Below are positions 24,281 to 37,699 of a DNA stretch of 64,000 nucleotides, piece after piece. Each line of letters begins with the position of its first letter. Position 1 is the first letter of the stretch. The notes below the pieces were generated by a model, which did not search any database, was not told where the DNA came from, and saw only the letters and a program-made list of their open reading frames with translations. A program made the translations under genes and the position numbers. Source of the DNA: Mobula hypostoma (lineage: Eukaryota). The stretch lies in NCBI RefSeq assembly GCF_963921235.1, contig NC_086097.1, positions 198,588,001 through 198,652,000 of the forward strand, given 5' to 3'.

Positions 24281-25554
24281 ATTATACAGCTTTTGCACAG
24301 ATATGGAATAATAGGTGAAAGTACAGTGGTATGATATTTATAATTATATAATGGAAATAATAATAGGATTATCTTTTTGAGTTTTCTGCTATCTATGTCA
24401 TTTTCAATATGTACTTCTTGCATTCAAAAATTTAAATTATTAGAATATGCTATGTTATCAGCTTTACAGGATATAGCATGTCATTTTTTTCAGTCATTGC
24501 ACAATAATAATTCAGTTAGTTATTTCTTAAACAAACCAGTGCTGTTTTATAATACATAAACATTGATGGTCTGGATCCTCTATAGGCCACATTCTCAGTT
24601 TCCTTTTTATTTATGAGTTATGTCTTAAAAAAAACAAAAATGTGCAAAAATCTTGCAACCAATGAGGGCAGTCATCCAGTGGACCACTTAAAACTGCAAG
24701 AATTTACCTCTCACATTTACATCATGCAACTCATTACCTTAAGGTAATATGTATATTCTGATGTATAAAGAGATTCCTTTCCATTTCTATGAAACCCAGT
24801 TTGTGATTTTCAGTAAATGTAACAAATGAACTTTCTTATGCCATAATCTTGTATCTCAGTGGCAGGTATCTGTAGTTGTGCAAAATTTCTAAGATTAAAC
24901 ATCTCTTTTCATTGCCCTTGTCATTGGCTCAGTGATAAAATATTAAATAATTTACCAGAATAGGCAAGGAAACAGAAGAACATATTTGCATAGATAAAGA
25001 GGATTTAGGGGTGAGGGTTGAATCAATGTTAGTGTGTGTGTTTATCATTGGATTTAAATCACTTACATTCCTCCTGACCTTGTACGTACTACATTATCTG
25101 TTCAACCAATCATTATCCCTGGAATATTCAGACAGAAAAAAAGGTACAAGGAACAGTTATCTATTGAAATTATTATTTTACAATAAAAAATTCCTTAAGA
25201 GTGCAAAACACCATGCAAAGTACAAATGTGACTTATTTCCAATACACAATTTCGCTGATCTGGTTATGGTTGGATTAGTGTAGATAATTCCTCAGTTATA
25301 AAGAACTAATTCTACTTAATCTTTTCTTTCATGTAGTCTGGATTGGTTAAAATGTTGAGAAAACTCTGGCTGCAAGTGAAGTGGAGTCAGTGGATTAACA
25401 TTACAGAACATAGCCTCTCACTCGTAAATTGAAAATAATGGCTTGCTAGCTCATTCTTTCTCAAATTGTGCTCTTGTGGATAAGGCTCTGCATCCAGAGT
25501 GCTACATTAGACAATTTATCCTTGCATATTAATATCTATTTGTTACAAAAAGAG

Positions 25555-26070
25555 CGGGCAGTGCAGAGAGTAGACAGTTAATGGAGCATTGCATCATATT
25601 GCCAGTGGTGTGGGTTCGATGTTGACCTTGGATCTGTCTCTGTGATCTCCTCCCTGTAGATACCTAGGTTTTCTCCTGGCACATCCAAAAGACACGTGGG
25701 TTGGTTTGTCACAAACAAGAGAAAATCTTCAGATGCTGGAAATCCAAGGCAAAACACACAAAATGCTGGAGGAACTCAGCAGGTCAAGCAGCATGTATGG
25801 AAATGAATAAACAGTCAACATTTCGGGCTGGAACCCTTCATCAGGACCTGTCTGACCTGCTGAGTTCCTCCAGCATTTTGTGTGCGTGGGTTGGTTGGTC
25901 AATTGGCAATTTTATTTTGCTCCTAGTGTGTAGGTATGTGGTAGAATCTAGTGGGGTAGATGGTGAGAGTTAATGAAAATGTAGAAAATATGTGTAAGTC
26001 GGTGCTTGATAGTTATATAGATTTGGTGGGCCAAAAGGCCTGCTTTTGTGCGGCTGATGCTTTCTAACTG
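25555..26070 (+). mobile_element. V-SINE-like element containing a PLE fold-back insertion (~25707-25884)
   Basis: B-box-like gggttcgat and V-domain-like ggttttctcc...tccaaaagac. The insert is flanked by CGTGGGTTGGTT at 25695-25706 and 25885-25896. Confidence 0.65.
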
Positions 26071-26859
26071 TATGGCTCTAAGAAGGAGACATGTGAGGAT
26101 CATTTCTATAAATAGATTTCCATGAGCTGAATATTTTGTTGTGAAAGTACTCTGTGAGAAAGTAAGGTTAGAAGGAAAGTGCAACATAATTCTTTCGGTG
26201 GAGCTCACACCAGGATCCAGGAAAGAAAATGCAGAAATAGCAATGTAATGCCAAAAACTGCACTTAAGAGAAATATGGTAAAAGATGAGAGAACTGAGAA
26301 GCTGGGATGGGAATAATGCAAGATGATGTACTAGAAAGCTGGCATAGTCACGAAAACCAATTTTCCTAAGGAGTTTCACGGATGACTTCTCGCGGTCCAT
26401 CTACCAACTTGTTCCTTGAAGTTGTAATCTGTGCAATATATATGAAATGACTCATTGTGCAATATTTCTGATGATGCAATTCACTCAGGTGAGTACCTGG
26501 TTATCACTCTTCATAACCATGAAGATAATTATACAAGAGTAAATGGAAATGACAAGAAGATAGGTGGATTAATTAGGAGGTATTTTCTTAAAATAATCCA
26601 CCAGGGAGCAAAATATAATAGTGTTGCATTTTTATTGTGGCAATGCAAATAAAATAAAATACTTTGAAATCAGTGAGTCCTTTGCTCCTCATACAGGCCG
26701 AAGCAGAAAACAAGAAGTTTCACTCAAGCTGTTTTGAAAATCTCATGTGCTCCATCACAAAGATTTCTATGTCTTCAATATCTTCCAATCCCACCTTTCC
26801 TTTGCTATCTTAGTTGAAAAAATCTTAATAATAGTTGTGTAATTTTTGAATTGAAATTG

Positions 26860-28720
26860 CCTTTACAATATTTGATTTGTTCTACATAAAGTCCCAATTG
26901 CTCCTGCTGGATCCTCACAAACTGGACTCTCATCCCATCCCCCTCCTTCTCCCAAATACATTTATTGTCCAGCAAAAACAACTCTAGACTCTCTGGCATA
27001 CAGTATTTGGAACTAATGTCACTTGACCTATTCTTGGAAAAAAATTCACACATTCTGTGGAATTTTTACGTTGTTCTTAAATTGCAGATGGCAGAAACAG
27101 GAATGCTCCTCTTGTGGTCTAACTATGCCTTATACAGATTCAATATGAGCTCTCGACTGCTGTACTCTTAAGTTAATATTTTTGAAGCTCAGGATCCCAT
27201 TTGCTTTTTGAACCATTCTCTCAACACGCCGTGTCACCTTCAAAGATTTATGTGCCTAGGTCCTTCTATTCTTGCACTCCATTTAGCCTGTATGGTTTTT
27301 CCTTATTCCTTTTGCAAAAATATATTCAATTTATCATTCTCTGTATCTGCCATTTGTTGTCCACGATGCCAGGAAAATGACAGCATATCCAAGTCATTAA
27401 TATACATTAAAAAAGCACTGACCTCTGAAGACGCCACTGTTTACATTCCTTCAAACTGGAGAATAACTATTTGCTACAGCTGAAACAGAAATTGCTAGAA
27501 GAGTTCAGCAGCTCAGGCTGTAAGGGTGAAGAGGGAGAAAGAGCATCAATGTCCTCAGGTCAGAGATCTTTCATCAGAACTGAAAGAGTCTGTTTTAAGT
27601 CGCAGAGAGGGAGCTAGTGCAGAGGACAGAGAGAATCTCTGTGATAGGATGCAGTCCAGAGTTGTCAAGGTAATAAATACTTCAAATTCCAACATTAGGG
27701 ACAGCAGAGAATGGAAGAGCAAAGAATCAAAAATACAAATTGAAACTGATATATCTAGCAAAATCTATGGAGAGAAAGAAACATCTGAGAACATGAAATT
27801 ATTGAATTCAACCAACTTCTTATTTGTGTCCTTAAGCTACTTTTCAAAACATGCCATTCTTTTATTCCATCAGCCACAATTTGTTTGGCAAACACTTTGT
27901 GCATTCAACCTTACTTTACAAATACCTTCTGAAGATTTAAATGGATCTTATTTATGTTTTCCCCTCACTAAAACTTCGTAATAAAATCTTGATGGGCATA
28001 GATATATGATGAATGCATTTAGTCTTTCTCCCAGCATTGCGGTATCAAGAACTAGAAGGCATAGGTATAAGGTGAGAGAGGAAAGATTTAAGAGAATGTG
28101 AGGGACAACTTTTTCACACAAAGGATGGTATTAATGTGAAATCAGTTGTCAGAGGAAGTAGATAAGCAGGTACAATAACAACTTCTCAAAGACAATCGGA
28201 CATGTACATGGATTAGAAAGGTAAAGAAGTAATAGGCCAAATATTGATAAGTAGTATTAGCTTGGATAGGCACGTTGGTCAACATTGACCAGCTGGGTCA
28301 AAGGGCCTTTTTCTGTGCTGTATGATTCTTTGACACTATGACTCTAACCCATTAAAATTCATTATGATTGGTCAAACATAATATGTTTCAACAAAGCTAA
28401 ATTGACTTCCCTTGATAATATAAGCTTTTTAAAATGTCCTTTAATCTTTTTCCAGATAATTGTTTCTCATGTTTCCTTATCAATGAGATTTAACTGATGG
28501 ACCTGTAGTTGCAAGCATATTCTTACACGTTTCAAATAAATAAATATATAACATTTGGCATTTTCCTGTTCTCTGTTACTTCCACTGTATCTAGGGTGGT
28601 TCAGAAGGATATGTCAAACCCTTCTGCAACTTCCACTGCCATTTTCTTCAACAAACTAGTTTCCACCCACCCAGCCCACCTGGATCTGATGACTTGTTAT
28701 TTTAAACCTAAACAGTCTTT
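26860..28720. mobile_element. Cluster of old CR1 and PLE fragments, both strands
   Basis: Recognisable CR1 3'-end and RT remnants with many stops. Confidence 0.55.
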
Positions 28721-28780
28721 CTAACACAAAAAGAAATGCTATAAATACTCAGCAGGTCAGGCCACATCTGTGTAAGAAAT

Positions 28781-30030
28781 TTGCCTATCATCACAATAGG
28801 TCAACGGCTCTCCGCACAGCTTTAGACCACCTAGACAACACCAACACCTACGTCAGGATGCTGTTCATCGACTTTAGCTTAGCATTTAATACCATCATTC
28901 CCATTGAGAAGTTGCAGAACCTGGGCCTCTGTACCTCCCTCTGCAATTGGATCCTTGACTTCCTAACTGGAAGACCACAGTCTGTGCAGATTGGTAATAA
29001 CATATCCTCCTCGCTGATGATCAATGCTCGCACACCTCAGGTGTGTGTGCTTAGCTCACTGCTCTGCTCTCTATATACACATGACTGTGTGGCTAGGCAC
29101 AGCTTAAATACCATCTATAAATTTGCTGACGATACAACCATTGTTGGTAGAATCTCAAGTGGTGACGAGAGGGCATACAGGAGTGAGATTTGCCAACTAG
29201 TGGAGTGGTGCTGCAGCAACAATCTGGCACTCAATGTCAGTAAGATGAAAGAGCTGATTGTGGACTTCAGGAAGGGTAAGATGAAGGAACACCTACCAAT
29301 CCTCATAGAGGGACTGGAGGTGGAAAGAGTGGGCGGCTTCAGGTTCCTGGGGGTTGGGATCTCTGAGGATCTAGCGTGGTCCCAACATATTGATGTAGTT
29401 ATAGAGAAGGCAATGCAGCGGCTATACTTTATTGGGAGTTTGAGGAGATTTGGCATGTCAACAAACACACTCAAAAACATCTATGGTTGTACCATGGAGA
29501 GCATTCTGACAGACTGCATCACTGTATGGAGGGGCCACTGCACAGGACCAAAAGAAACTGCAGACGGTTATAAGCCAAGTCAGCTCCACCTTGGGCACTA
29601 GCCTACAAAGTACCCAGGACATCTTTAGGGAGTGGTGTCTCAGAAAGGCAGCGTCCATTGTTAAAGACTTCTAGCACCCAGGGTATGCCCTTTTCTCACT
29701 GTTACCATCAGGCAGGAGGTACAGAAGCCTGAAGACACACACTCAGCGATTCAAGAACAGCTTCTTCCTCTCTGCCATCCGATTCCTAGATGGACATTGA
29801 AGCTTTGGACACTACCTCACTTTTTTTTAATACAGTATACAATATTTCTGTTTTCGCACATTTTTTTAATCTATTCAATATATGTAAGTGATTTACTTGT
29901 TTATTTATTATGTTTTATTTTATTTATTATTATTTTTTTCTCTCTGTTAGATTATGTATTGCATTGACTGCTGCTGCTAAATTAACGAATTTCATGTCAC
30001 ATGCCGGTGATAATAAACCTGTTTCTGATT
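28781..30030 (+). mobile_element. Rex1/Babar-type LINE, 5'-truncated, inserted in a PLE fold-back remnant
   Basis: ORF 28858-29601: [27 protein letters not shown] arms at 28725-28780 and 30035-30210. Confidence 0.88.
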
Positions 30031-31144
30031 TTTAGAAACAAAGTTATGGGTTTGGACCGGGATCTATTGATAGGACAAAATCAACTTTGACAACAAGTCT
30101 TCCACCTGAATCATTCCCTCTGTTACTCTTTCAACAGAAGTGGCCTGACCTGCAGAATATATCCAGCACAGTTTTTTTTAGATTTCCAGTATCTGCAGAT
30201 TTTTTTTTATTTTCGCAACCTTTCTAGCACTTCTTCAATACTAATTTTCATCTTCTCCAGCAATCATACTTACTGAGTTTTTGAAGCAGCCTCTTTTATG
30301 GTTAAGATCAAGACAGAGTACTTATTTAGTATTCCAGTCATGTCCTCCATCTGAAGGTATGAATCACCTTCTTAGTCCTAAAGGGTCCTAGTACTCTTCT
30401 TCCAATTAATAGGCTTATAGGAGAATTGTTAACTTCTTCTGTCTCTCACAATTTCTTGTTGACTGGCTTATTATTTTCTTCTCTCTCAATCTCTTTCTCT
30501 TTCTCTTTCTCCCTCTCTCCTTATTATATGTAGCCTGGTTGTCACTCAAATTATTCATCTGTCATCTGTCATGCACCTCTTTCTTGGTTCATTAAATTCT
30601 CTCAGTCATGGTCAATATCGAAGCTGTACCTTTGCTTTTTGAATCTTTCTCCTTTTGTTAATCTAACCTGTACCTGAATCAACTTTCTAAAGATCAGCCA
30701 TTGCTCTGTTATAGTTTTACCTTCTAAAATGGACTCCACTTTATTCTGGCTAGATTTTTATGAAAGGAAAATTATGTTTGACTATTCTGCTAAAGTTCCT
30801 GATAGATGATAATAGGACCAGTTGGAACCAGTAGATGTGATGTATTTGGATTTTCAGATGGATTTCAATAAAATCTCAAGGAGTTGATCAACAAAGTTAC
30901 AGCACATGGAATTGGATGTAATGTACTGATATGAATTGAGAATAGGTTAGCAAACAGAAAACAAAATATGAAAAAAGTGGAACCTGAGGTTAGTAAGCTG
31001 TAATTGGTGGAAAACTGCAAAGTCTAGTGCTTGACTCCCAGCTATCTTTATACAAAAAAGCAGAATAGTTATTCAATGGTGGGTGCTGTTGATATTCAGA
31101 GGGACATTGGCCCAGCACATTCCTCAGAACTTGATCCAGCAAGA

Positions 31145-31970
31145 ATTCAATAGTTTAATACTTCAATAGTTCCACTTAATATCAGAGAATGTATACAATA
31201 TACAACCTGAAATTCTTGTTCTTCACAGACATCCATGAAAACAGTAGAGTGTCTCAAAGAATGAGTGACAGTAAAAGCATTAGAACCCCGAAGTCCCCTT
31301 ACTCTCTCTTCCCACACACAAGTAGTAGCAAAGCAATGACCCGCCCACTTACTTCAGCAAAAAAATCAATGCCCTCCCTCACCAAGCAAGCAGTAGCAAA
31401 GCCCCCAAGAGAAACCATGATCTGCAGTGCAACAAAAACAAATTGTTTATGTGAAAATTCAACATACCACAGGCTCTCTTCATCTCTCTCTCTCGCTGCC
31501 TAATAAAGGGACAGAGAGATGTTCCCCTTTCACAGTGAGAGGGGAGACCAACAAAGACAAACAACTCACTGATTTGTGGTGTTAAAGTCTGCTGCATTGC
31601 TTTTTCCTGAGTTCTCCAACTCAAGAATAAACAACAAACTCTCCCCCACCAAAGAGAGAGCACACGATTTATCGAGTGTCCAGCCCCTAAGGGCTGAACC
31701 GCTGTTCCGTTTTCTTCCACGACACTTCAGTCGGTGGAACCAACATAGAATTGGCCATTCTCCAGGGCCACAAAGCCTCAAAACCCAGTTGCTGAACCCT
31801 GGGAGCAGATCCTATTGCCACAAAGAACCGAAGTTTGAGTGTCACTCTTGCTAAGGGTCTTTGACAGAACCCCATACACCTTGAAAAGGAAGGAGACATT
31901 AAATGTAGAAATTAAGCACTTTCTGCATGTGAGCTTGAAGGATTTGCTGTCGAGTGCCATCATAGCTCCG
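31145..31970 (-). mobile_element. Non-autonomous element family B (diverged copy)
   Basis: Reverse complement is colinear with 48394-49171. Confidence 0.7.
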
Positions 31971-32575
31971 CCCACAATAATTCTGCTCTCAATGCACCAT
32001 AAACAAAGTGACAAGGAAATACTCCTGAATACATTTTCGTAAACTGCACCCCTCCCCACCCAGCCTCTTATTCTAACACTATTCCAATCAATATTGGGGT
32101 AATAAAGTCCAATAAAATCACCTAAATTTCTCATCATATTTTTCATTCAATTCCCACACACTGTTGAGTATTGTTAAGTACACTGTTGAATGATATAAGT
32201 CTAACAATATGGATCCTGCCCTTGCTCATTCCATGATATGCTCCCTTAGCTAAATATTAACATCTTTCTTCATCAGTGTTACAGTAAGACCATAAGACCA
32301 TTAGACAAAGGGTCATGGCTGATTTATTATCCCTCACAATTGCATTCTCCAGCCTTCTCCCCATAACCTTTGAGACCCTGACTAATTAAGAACCTATCAA
32401 GCTCCACTTTAAGTATACCCAATAACTTGGCCTCCACAGCCATCTGTGGCAACAAATTCCGCAGATTAACCACTCTCTGGCTAAAGAAATTCCTCTGCAT
32501 CTCTGTTCTAAAGGTATCGTTCTCCTATTCTGAGGCTGTGGCCTCTGATCCTAAGCTCCCACTATAGGAAACATT

Positions 32576-33012
32576 GGAGGAACATCACTTCATATACCGT
32601 CTAGGTAGTCTCCAGCCCCTTGGTATGAACATTGAATTCTCCAGCTTCTGGTAATTCCCTTCCCCTCCCTTCCCCCATCCCTGTTTCACTCTGCCCCCTC
32701 CCCCAGCTGCCTACTACCTCCCTCATGGTTCCGCCTCCTTCTACTACCCAATGTGCTTTCCCTTATTCCTTCTTCACCTTTCCTGCCTATCCCCTCCCTG
32801 CTTCCCCTCCCCCATCCCTTTATCTTTCCCCTTACTGGTTTTTCACCTGGCACCTACCAGCTTTCTCCTTCCCACCCTCCCCCCACCTTCTTTATAGGGC
32901 CTCTGCCCCTTCCCTCTTCAGTCCTGACGAAGGGTTCCGGCCTGAAACGTTGACTGATCATTTCCATGGATGCTGCCCAACGTGCTGAGTTCCTCCAGCG
33001 TGTTGTGAGTGT
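32576..33012 (+). mobile_element. Penelope-like element 3' end with pLTR
   Basis: EEHHFIYRLGSLQPLGMNIEF (GIY-YIG end). 16-bp TSD CACTATAGGAAACATT at 32560-32575 and 33013-33028. Confidence 0.9.
32918..32957 (+). ncRNA. Minimal type I hammerhead ribozyme motif
   Basis: 6-bp stem I UCAGUC/GACUGA, CUGACGA, AGG/CCU stem II, GAAA, CGUU (GUU site). Confidence 0.7.
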
Positions 33013-33270
33013 CACTATAGGAAACATTCTCTCTATATCCACGCTATCTATGCCATTCAATATTCGATAGGTTTCATTGAGATCCCTCCTCATTCTTCTA
33101 AACACCAGTGAGTACAGGCCCAAGCCATCAAATGCTCCTCATATGTTAACCTTTTCCTTCTCAGAATAATTCTCATGAACCTCCTTTGGACCCTCTCCAA
33201 TGCCAACATATCTTTTTCAGATAAGGGGCCCAAAACTGCTCACATTACTCCAAGTCTGGTCTGACCAATA

Positions 33271-36200
33271 CTTATACTTTATACTTTATTGTAGCCAAAC
33301 AATTGGTACTAGAACGTACAATCATCACAGTGATATTTGCTTCTGTGCTTCACACTCCCTGGATTACAAATATTAAATATTAAAAATATTAAAAATAGTT
33401 AAAATTAGTAAATATTAAAAATTTAAATTATAAATCATAAATGGAAAATAGAAAAATGGGAAGTAAGGTAGTGCAAAAAAACAGAGAGGCAGGTCCAGAT
33501 ATTTGGAGGGTCTGGCCCAGATCCGGGTCAGGATCCATTCAGCAGTCTTATCACAGTTGGAAAGAAGCTGTTCCCAAATCTGGCCATACGAGTCTTCAAG
33601 CTCCTGAACCTTCTCCCGGAGGGAAAAGGGAAAAGGGACGAAAGGTGTGTTGGCTGGGTGGGTCGATTATCCTGGCAGCACTGCTTCGACAGCGTGCGGT
33701 GTAAAGTGAGTCCGGACGGAAGATTGGTTTGTGTGATGTGCTGTGCCGTGTTCACGATCTTCTGCAGCTTCTTTCGGTCTTGGACAGGACAACTTCCATA
33801 CCAGGTTGTGATGCACCCTAGAAGAATGCTTTCTACGGTGCATCTATAAAAATTAGTGAGGGTTTTAGGGGACAGGCCAAATTTCTTTAGTTTTCTCAGG
33901 AAGTAAAGGCGCTGCTGGGCCTTCTTGGCAGTGAACTCTGCTTGGTTGGACCAAGTCAGGTCATTTGTGATATTGACCCTGAGGAACTTAAAGCTTTTGA
34001 CTTGTTCCACTTGCGTACCACCGATGTAAATTGGGTCGTGCGGTCCGCTACTCCTTCTGAAGTCAACAACCAATTCCTTTGTCTTGCTGACATTGAGGGA
34101 TAGGTTATCGTCTTTGCACCATGCCACCAGGTTCTTAATTTCCTCTCTGTACTCAAACTCATCATTACTCGAGATACGGCCTACAATTGTTGTGTCTTCA
34201 GCAAACTTATATATTGAGTTTGATGGAAACCTGGCTACACAATCATGGGTGTACAGTGGGTATAGCAGGGGGCTGAGTACACAGCCTTGTGGGGCACCGA
34301 TGCTCAGAGTGATTGTAGAGGAGAGCTTGTCCCCTATTTTTACAGCCTGGGTCCTGTCTGTGAGGAAGTTGAAGATCCAGCTGCAGATCTGAGTGCTAAG
34401 GCCCAGGTTCCGGAGCTTAGGAATCAGTTTATTTGGAATGATGGTATTAAAGGCAGAGCTGTAGTCAATGAAAAAGAGCGTTACGTATGCATCTTTATTC
34501 TCTAGGTGTTCTAAGGAGGAATGTAGGGCCAGAGAGATGGCATCTGCCATTGACCTGTTTCTCCGGTAGGCAAATTGCAAAGCGTTGTGGTTGACCGGTA
34601 GGCTGTGGTTGATGTGTGCCATAACCAATCTCTCAAAGCACTTCATAGCAATTGATGTCAGAGCCACAGGTCGATAGTCATTCAGGCATGCCACCTTGCT
34701 CTTCTTCGGCACTGGGATTATCGTTGCCTTCTTAAAACACGAGGGGATCTTAGACTGAAGCAAGGAGCAGTTGAAGATGTCAGCAAACACTCCAGCTAGC
34801 TCGCTTGCACAGGCCTGGAGAACCCATCCCGGGACGCCATCTGGACCCGTCGCCTTCCTTGGATTTATCTTCAGGAAGGTCCTTCTAACATCCTCCTCGG
34901 TGACGATGAATCTCGATGCCACCAGGTCCGGTTCATCCGGAGGGAGCAGGACGCTCCTCTTCTGTTCGAATCTTGCGTAGAATACGTTAAGTTCGTTAGG
35001 AAGAGAAGCTCCACAGTTATTGATATTCCCAGCCTTTTCTTTGCGCCCAGTGATCTCATTTAGACCCTGCCATAGTCTACTGGCATCCCTTTGGTTAGGC
35101 TGGGCTTCCAACTTGGCTTGTTATTGCCTCTTGGCACCCTTAATGACTTTCCGGAGTTCACGCCTGGATTCCGTGTAGCGACTGGTATCCCCGGACCTAA
35201 AAGCTGCAGCTCTAGCCTTTAATAGTAGTCATAGTGATACTTTATTGATCCCAGGGGAAATTGGTTTTCGTTACAGTTGCACAATAAATAATAAATAGTA
35301 ATAGAAATAGTAATAGTAATACTACTATTAGTAAATAGTAAATAGTAATAGTCATGGATATAATAACTAGTAATAGAATATTAATAGAAAAATAGTAATA
35401 AATAGTTAAATAGTAATATGTAAATTATGCCAGTAAATTATGAAATAAATCCAGGACCAGCCTATTGGCTCAGGGTGTCTGACCCTCCAAGGGAGGAGTT
35501 GTAAAGTTTGACAGCCACAGGCAGGAATGACTTCCTATGATGCTCTGTGCTGCATCTCAGAGGAATGAGTCTCTGGCTGAATGTACTCCTGTGCCCAACC
35601 AGTACATTATGTAAAAGGGACTTGACCTCATAATTCATCCAAGGTTTCCGGTTAGGGAATACCCGGATCATCTTGCGAGACACACAGTCCTCCGTGCATT
35701 TCCAAATAAAATCAGTGAAAGCTGAGGCATACTCATCAGGGTTAGCTGCCGAGTCCTTGAATACTAACCAGTTCACCAATTCAAAGCAGTCATGGAGGAC
35801 CTCATCCGTTTCCTCCGTCCAACGCGACACTACTTTTGACACCGTGACCTCCCGCTTCAGTTTCTGTTTGTAAGCCGGAAGGAGGAGTATGGCCTGATGG
35901 TCCGATTTTCTGAAGTGAGGTCGTGGGACGAAACGGTAGGCATCCTTGACTGCTGTGTAGCAGTGGTCAAGTATATTCGTGCCTCTAGTGGGGCAGGAGA
36001 CATGTTGGTATAACTTTGGCAGCGCTTTTCTGAGGTTGGCCTGGTTAAAGTCCCCGGCTGTAATGAGCAAAGCCTCCGGATACCTGGTCTCAAGTTCACT
36101 GATGTTGGTATACAGTATGTTCAGAGCATACTCCACGTCCGCCTGGGGGCGGAATGTAGACCGCTGTCAGTATGACAGAGGTGAATTCCCATGGCAGAGA

Positions 36201-36917
36201 GTAGGGACGACACTTCACCGACAGGTGTTCCAGGTTTGGGCTGCAGGAGCTTGTCAGTGCCACTGTGTCCGAGCACCACACAGTGTTGATCAGTAGGCAG
36301 ACACCACCTGCCCTTGTCTTGCCTGAAGACGCTGTGCGGTCCATCCGATGGATCGAAAATCCCTCCAGTCCGATGGCACAGTCGGGGGTGGCAGGGGAGA
36401 GCCAGCTCTTGGTGAAACAGAATACACAGCATTTCTGCATCTCCCTGCAGTAGGTGAGTCTCCCTTTAAGATCATTCACCTTCTTCTCTATGGCTTGCAC
36501 ATTAGCTTGTAGGATGGTGCGCATAGGGACCCTGAAGCCCCTCAGCTTCAATCTGACCAGCAGACCAGCTCTTTTCCCATGCTTCCTCGGTAAATAGTGC
36601 ATCTTTCCAGGTCTCTATCGATGCAGTGTGTTGTTGTCAGCTCTTTGAGGTTGGTGGACGCGTCCCGCGGGAATCGATCGGACGGTCGCGTCATCGTGCG
36701 CTCCGGGTCGGGATGAGTAACGGGGGAGGCTCTGGTGCCACTTCCAGCTGCCGGGGGCCCGGGCTATCGATTGGGTCGGGTCCCGAAGCTGACACTTAAT
36801 CCTGGATGGCCGGACTCCTGGTTGAAACAAATCTGTAAACTGAGTCATGGTTGCAGAGGCCTCCACTCCAGCCGAGCCTCGGGTTCGATTTCCGAATTAA
36901 TACCTTATATATATTAC
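33271..36917 (-). mobile_element. Near full-length Rex1/Babar-type LINE with a nested 3' fragment of a related LINE (~35223-35611)
   Basis: 527-aa RT ORF 33528-35111 (GAPQGCVLSPLLY; catalytic ADD mutated to AED). Endonuclease remnants at 35612-36600 (GDFN, SDH). Confidence 0.9.
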
Positions 36918-37699
36918 CTTATATAGCCTGAGCATTAAACCTTGCCTTTATGTATTAGTCCCCTGAAAATGAATGCTTTAAATACATTTTCCTTCCTTAC
37001 CACTGACTCTTCCTTCAAGTTAACCTTTAAGGAATCCTGCACAAGTCCTTCTGCAGGCTCAATACTAACTGCCCCTCCACCTAGCTTTGTATAATCTGCA
37101 GATGTCCACAAAGCCATCAGTTCCTTCATCCAAATACTTGATATGCTATATAACATGAAAAGGAATGGTCCCAACATCGACCCCTGCAGACCACCATTAG
37201 TCACTGGCAGCTAACCAGAAAGGGCCCTCTTTTTTCCTTTGCACTCTTTGCCTCCTGCCAGTCAGCCAATTATCTATCCATTCCATTCCAGTGTCTTTCC
37301 ATGGGCTCTTATTTGTTAAGCAACCTCATGTGCAAGATCCTGCCAAAGGCCTTCTGAAAATCCAAGCAAACAACATTCACTGTCTCCTTTTTCAAACCTG
37401 TTTGTTATTTCCTCAAAGAAATCCAACAGACTTGTCAGACAGAATTCCCTTTAAGGAAACCATGCTGACTTTGACCTATTTTACCAAGTGCCTCCAAGTA
37501 TCCTGAAATCTCATCCTTAATAATGGACTCCAACATCTTACCAACCACTAAAGTCAGGCTAGCTGGCCTATAATTTCCTTTCTCCTGACTCCCTCCATTC
37601 TTAAAGCGTGGAGTGTCATTTAAAATTTTCTAGTCTTCTGAACCATTCCAGAGTCTAGTGATTCTTGAAAGATCATTACTAATGCCTTCACAATCACTT

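Noticed and set aside
25067..25118. Exon-like segment with ttccag| and |gtaagt on the minus strand
   Set aside because: Stops in all three frames.
11052..26400. SLC9A (Na+/H+ exchanger) identity for the hidden gene, from patches such as DQF..LR..F.L.YL, FIFL, EKSRFN and FLDP
   Set aside because: The matches are not colinear (DQF precedes FIFL here but follows it in NHE1), and the chain lacks credible transmembrane helices.
35221..35450. AT-rich (TAG/TAA) periodic tract as an array
   Set aside because: Low-complexity 3'UTR/tail of a nested LINE fragment; no repeat-spacer structure.
35462..36136. 224-aa ORF as a gene
   Set aside because: Rex1 endonuclease fragment reading through into a nested LINE 3' fragment.
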